Positions 62,369-64,000 of a stretch of 64,000 bases of DNA are shown piece after piece. Each line of letters begins with the position of its first letter. Position 1 is the stretch's first letter. Below the pieces are notes generated by a model, which saw only the letters and a list, made by a program, of their open reading frames with translations, did no database searches and was not told the DNA's origin. Origin of the DNA: a virus. The stretch is taken from positions 64,001-128,000 of IMG/VR virus record IMGVR_UViG_3300035670_000028, one strand, 5' to 3'. Position numbers and translations under genes: made by a program.

Positions 62369-63312
62369 GTGATATTCGACTCGGCTACGCGTGCATCAAC
62401 ATGGAGCTGCAGGAGTCCAAGGACAAGGTGCAGTGCAGCCGCGGCATGATCAGGCGCACCTTCGACAAGCAGGGGCTGCCTGCTGCCTCCAAGCTTGCCC
62501 TGGCCAATGTCACCGACCTCGCCCGTGTGATCAAGTGGAACAACGACAGGGGCATCAAGGTGTTCCGCATCACGTCCTGCCTGTTCCCATGGGCGAGCGA
62601 GTACAAGCTCGAGCAGCTCCCTGACTTCGAGCGCATCAGCAAGGCTCTGGCACACGCGGGCAAGCTCGCTCGAGACGCAGGCCAGCGGCTCTCCTTCCAC
62701 CCAGGCCCTTTCAACATCCTCACCTCACCCAAGCAGAAGGTGGTGGACAACTCGTACATCGACCTCGAGATTCACGGTAAGATCTTCGACCTGATGGGCA
62801 TGGCACGGGACCACTGGAGCAAGATCAACATCCACATTGGTGCCTCCTACGGCAGTCCCGTTGAGAGCATGGAGCGGTGGTGCCGCAACTTCGAGGGCCT
62901 GTCTGAGTCAGTGCGGTCCAGGCTCACCGTTGAGAACGACGACAAGCGGAGCCTCTATTCCGCCAAGATGCTGTATGAGGGCGTCTTCAAGCGGGTCGGC
63001 GTCCCGATCGTCTGGGACTCACACCACGACGAGCTCGGTCCCCAGGACAGCAGTCCCCAGGAAGCATTCTCGATGGCAGCAGCGTCCTGGCCCAAGGGGA
63101 TACGTCCCGTGTGCCACCACTCGAACTCCAAGAAGCTGTTCGAGGACAGCACTGTTGCGGACAACGCTCACAGTGATTTCTACTTCAAGCCCTTTCCGGA
63201 GTTCGCAAAGGGCGTCGATGTCGTCCTCGAGGCGAAGGCGAAGGAGCGTGCTCTGTTCAAGTACACGAAGGACTTTGGTGGAGAGAGATGGACAACTTCG
63301 AGCACCAACTGA
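62365..63312 (+). CDS. uvsE: UV DNA damage endonuclease
   Basis: RLGYACIN, FRI.S.LFP, RLSFHPG.F..L.SP, IHIG, RLTVENDD, D.HH, HSD, LEAK.KE. Confidence 0.95.
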   Translation: MSDIRLGYACINMELQESKDKVQCSRGMIRRTFDKQGLPAASKLALANVTDLARVIKWNNDRGIKVFRITSCLFPWASEYKLEQLPDFERISKALAHAGKLARDAGQRLSFHPGPFNILTSPKQKVVDNSYIDLEIHGKIFDLMGMARDHWSKINIHIGASYGSPVESMERWCRNFEGLSESVRSRLTVENDDKRSLYSAKMLYEGVFKRVGVPIVWDSHHDELGPQDSSPQEAFSMAAASWPKGIRPVCHHSNSKKLFEDSTVADNAHSDFYFKPFPEFAKGVDVVLEAKAKERALFKYTKDFGGERWTTSSTN

Positions 63313-63530
63313 AGGTTCTCATCAAGTACGTGCAGGATCGAATGTGTGCTGGTGCGTTCGTGATGTATCAGCCTGAGTTCATCACTATTGCCTACTTTGA
63401 TGCCAATGGTGGCCTGAACGTGCTAGCTGATGTGAAGCAGACAAATGATACCCTCTACACGTTCTCTCAGCTCTACGCTCAGATTAACGAGAAGCTGCGT
63501 CTTAAGCGTGAGTTTGGGCACGAGATGTAA
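63288..63530 (+). CDS. Hypothetical protein
   Basis: GGAG RBS; overlaps uvsE end. Confidence 0.55.
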   Translation: MDNFEHQLKVLIKYVQDRMCAGAFVMYQPEFITIAYFDANGGLNVLADVKQTNDTLYTFSQLYAQINEKLRLKREFGHEM

Positions 63531-63553
63531 ACTTCTGTTAGCACACCTATAGT
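63526..63553 (+). promoter_or_regulatory. TGTAAA-N16-TATAGT promoter
   Basis: Matches the recurring motif. Confidence 0.6.
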
Positions 63554-63575
63554 ATCATCTCACAGGAGAATTGAA

Positions 63576-64000
63576 GTGGAAAGAGTACTGACAGATCCTA
63601 TCGTCGTCAAGATCAAGCAGCTGCACGCCCATGCTGTGGTTCCCAAGTATCAGACGCCTGGCTCAGCCGGAGTCGACCTGCACGCTATCGAGGACTGCGA
63701 GATCTGGATGGGAGCGCAGGCCATTATTTCAACTGGCATCGCCATGGCCATTCCACTTGGGTACGAGGGACAGATCAGGCCTCGATCGGGTCTGGCAGCG
63801 AAGAAACTGATCACGGTGCTCAACAGTCCAGGCACAATCGACTCAGACTACCGCGGTGAGATCAAGGTGATCATGATCAACCACGGTGAGGGTCTCTTCA
63901 GGATCAAGAGGGGCGAGAGAATCGCACAGATGGTGTTCACACCGGTCGTCCGCGCTGAGTTCGAGGCAGTGGGAGACCTGGAAGAGACTGAGCGCGGATC
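63576..64000 (+). CDS. dut: dUTPase (3' truncated by window end)
   Basis: Hand translation: SAGVDL, GQIRPRSGLA, NSPGTIDSDYRGEI, RIAQMV, TERG. Confidence 0.95.
   Translation, partial: MERVLTDPIVVKIKQLHAHAVVPKYQTPGSAGVDLHAIEDCEIWMGAQAIISTGIAMAIPLGYEGQIRPRSGLAAKKLITVLNSPGTIDSDYRGEIKVIMINHGEGLFRIKRGERIAQMVFTPVVRAEFEAVGDLEETERG

Noticed and set aside
1-64000. Stop-codon reassignment as seen in some jumbo phages
   Set aside because: Conserved genes are full length under code 11, and TGA, TAA and TAG all end genes at expected positions; no suppressor tRNA seen.

Overview
This window is a gene-dense, almost entirely plus-strand segment of a large (jumbo-type) tailed dsDNA bacteriophage that uses the standard genetic code. 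The host is probably Gram-negative, judged from spanin-like genes. No capsid, terminase or portal gene lies in the window. Layout: (i) 1-5.2 kb and 9.3-11.7 kb are arrays of small overlapping accessory ORFs, many with an SH3/KOW-like 'MKVGDLV' start. (ii) A DnaE-type replicative polymerase carries a mini-intein. (iii) Nucleotide, modification and repair genes include a kinase/thymidylate-synthase-like fusion, DNA MTase, Tdk, DHH phosphoesterase, two deaminases, a GuaB/GuaC-family enzyme, dUTPase, UvsE, DNA ligase and a 5'-3' exonuclease. (iv) Expression and chaperone genes include a sigma70 factor, GroEL, peptide deformylase, TilS, tRNA-Ser(GGA) and an atypical long-variable-arm tRNA-CAT. (v) Many late, probably virion-internal, proteins share an 'LRxII(K/R)EE' tag and LxE motifs. 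(vi) Lysis genes and PhhA/PhhB are dispersed. Two promoter classes are visible: TG(T/C)AAA-N16/17-TAnnnT (often leaderless) and ATA(T/C)TTA. The strongest unexplained signals are: near-total absence of the trinucleotide GAC/GTC from the first ~4.9 kb, a chimeric Leu-body/Ile2-like CAT tRNA near a phage TilS, a Gol-peptide-like capsid fragment fused to an accessory protein, a shared capsid-sorting tag on diverse enzymes, and a probable cytosine-modifying kinase-TS fusion. All calls come from motif recognition by eye and counts are hand counts; no database searches were run.
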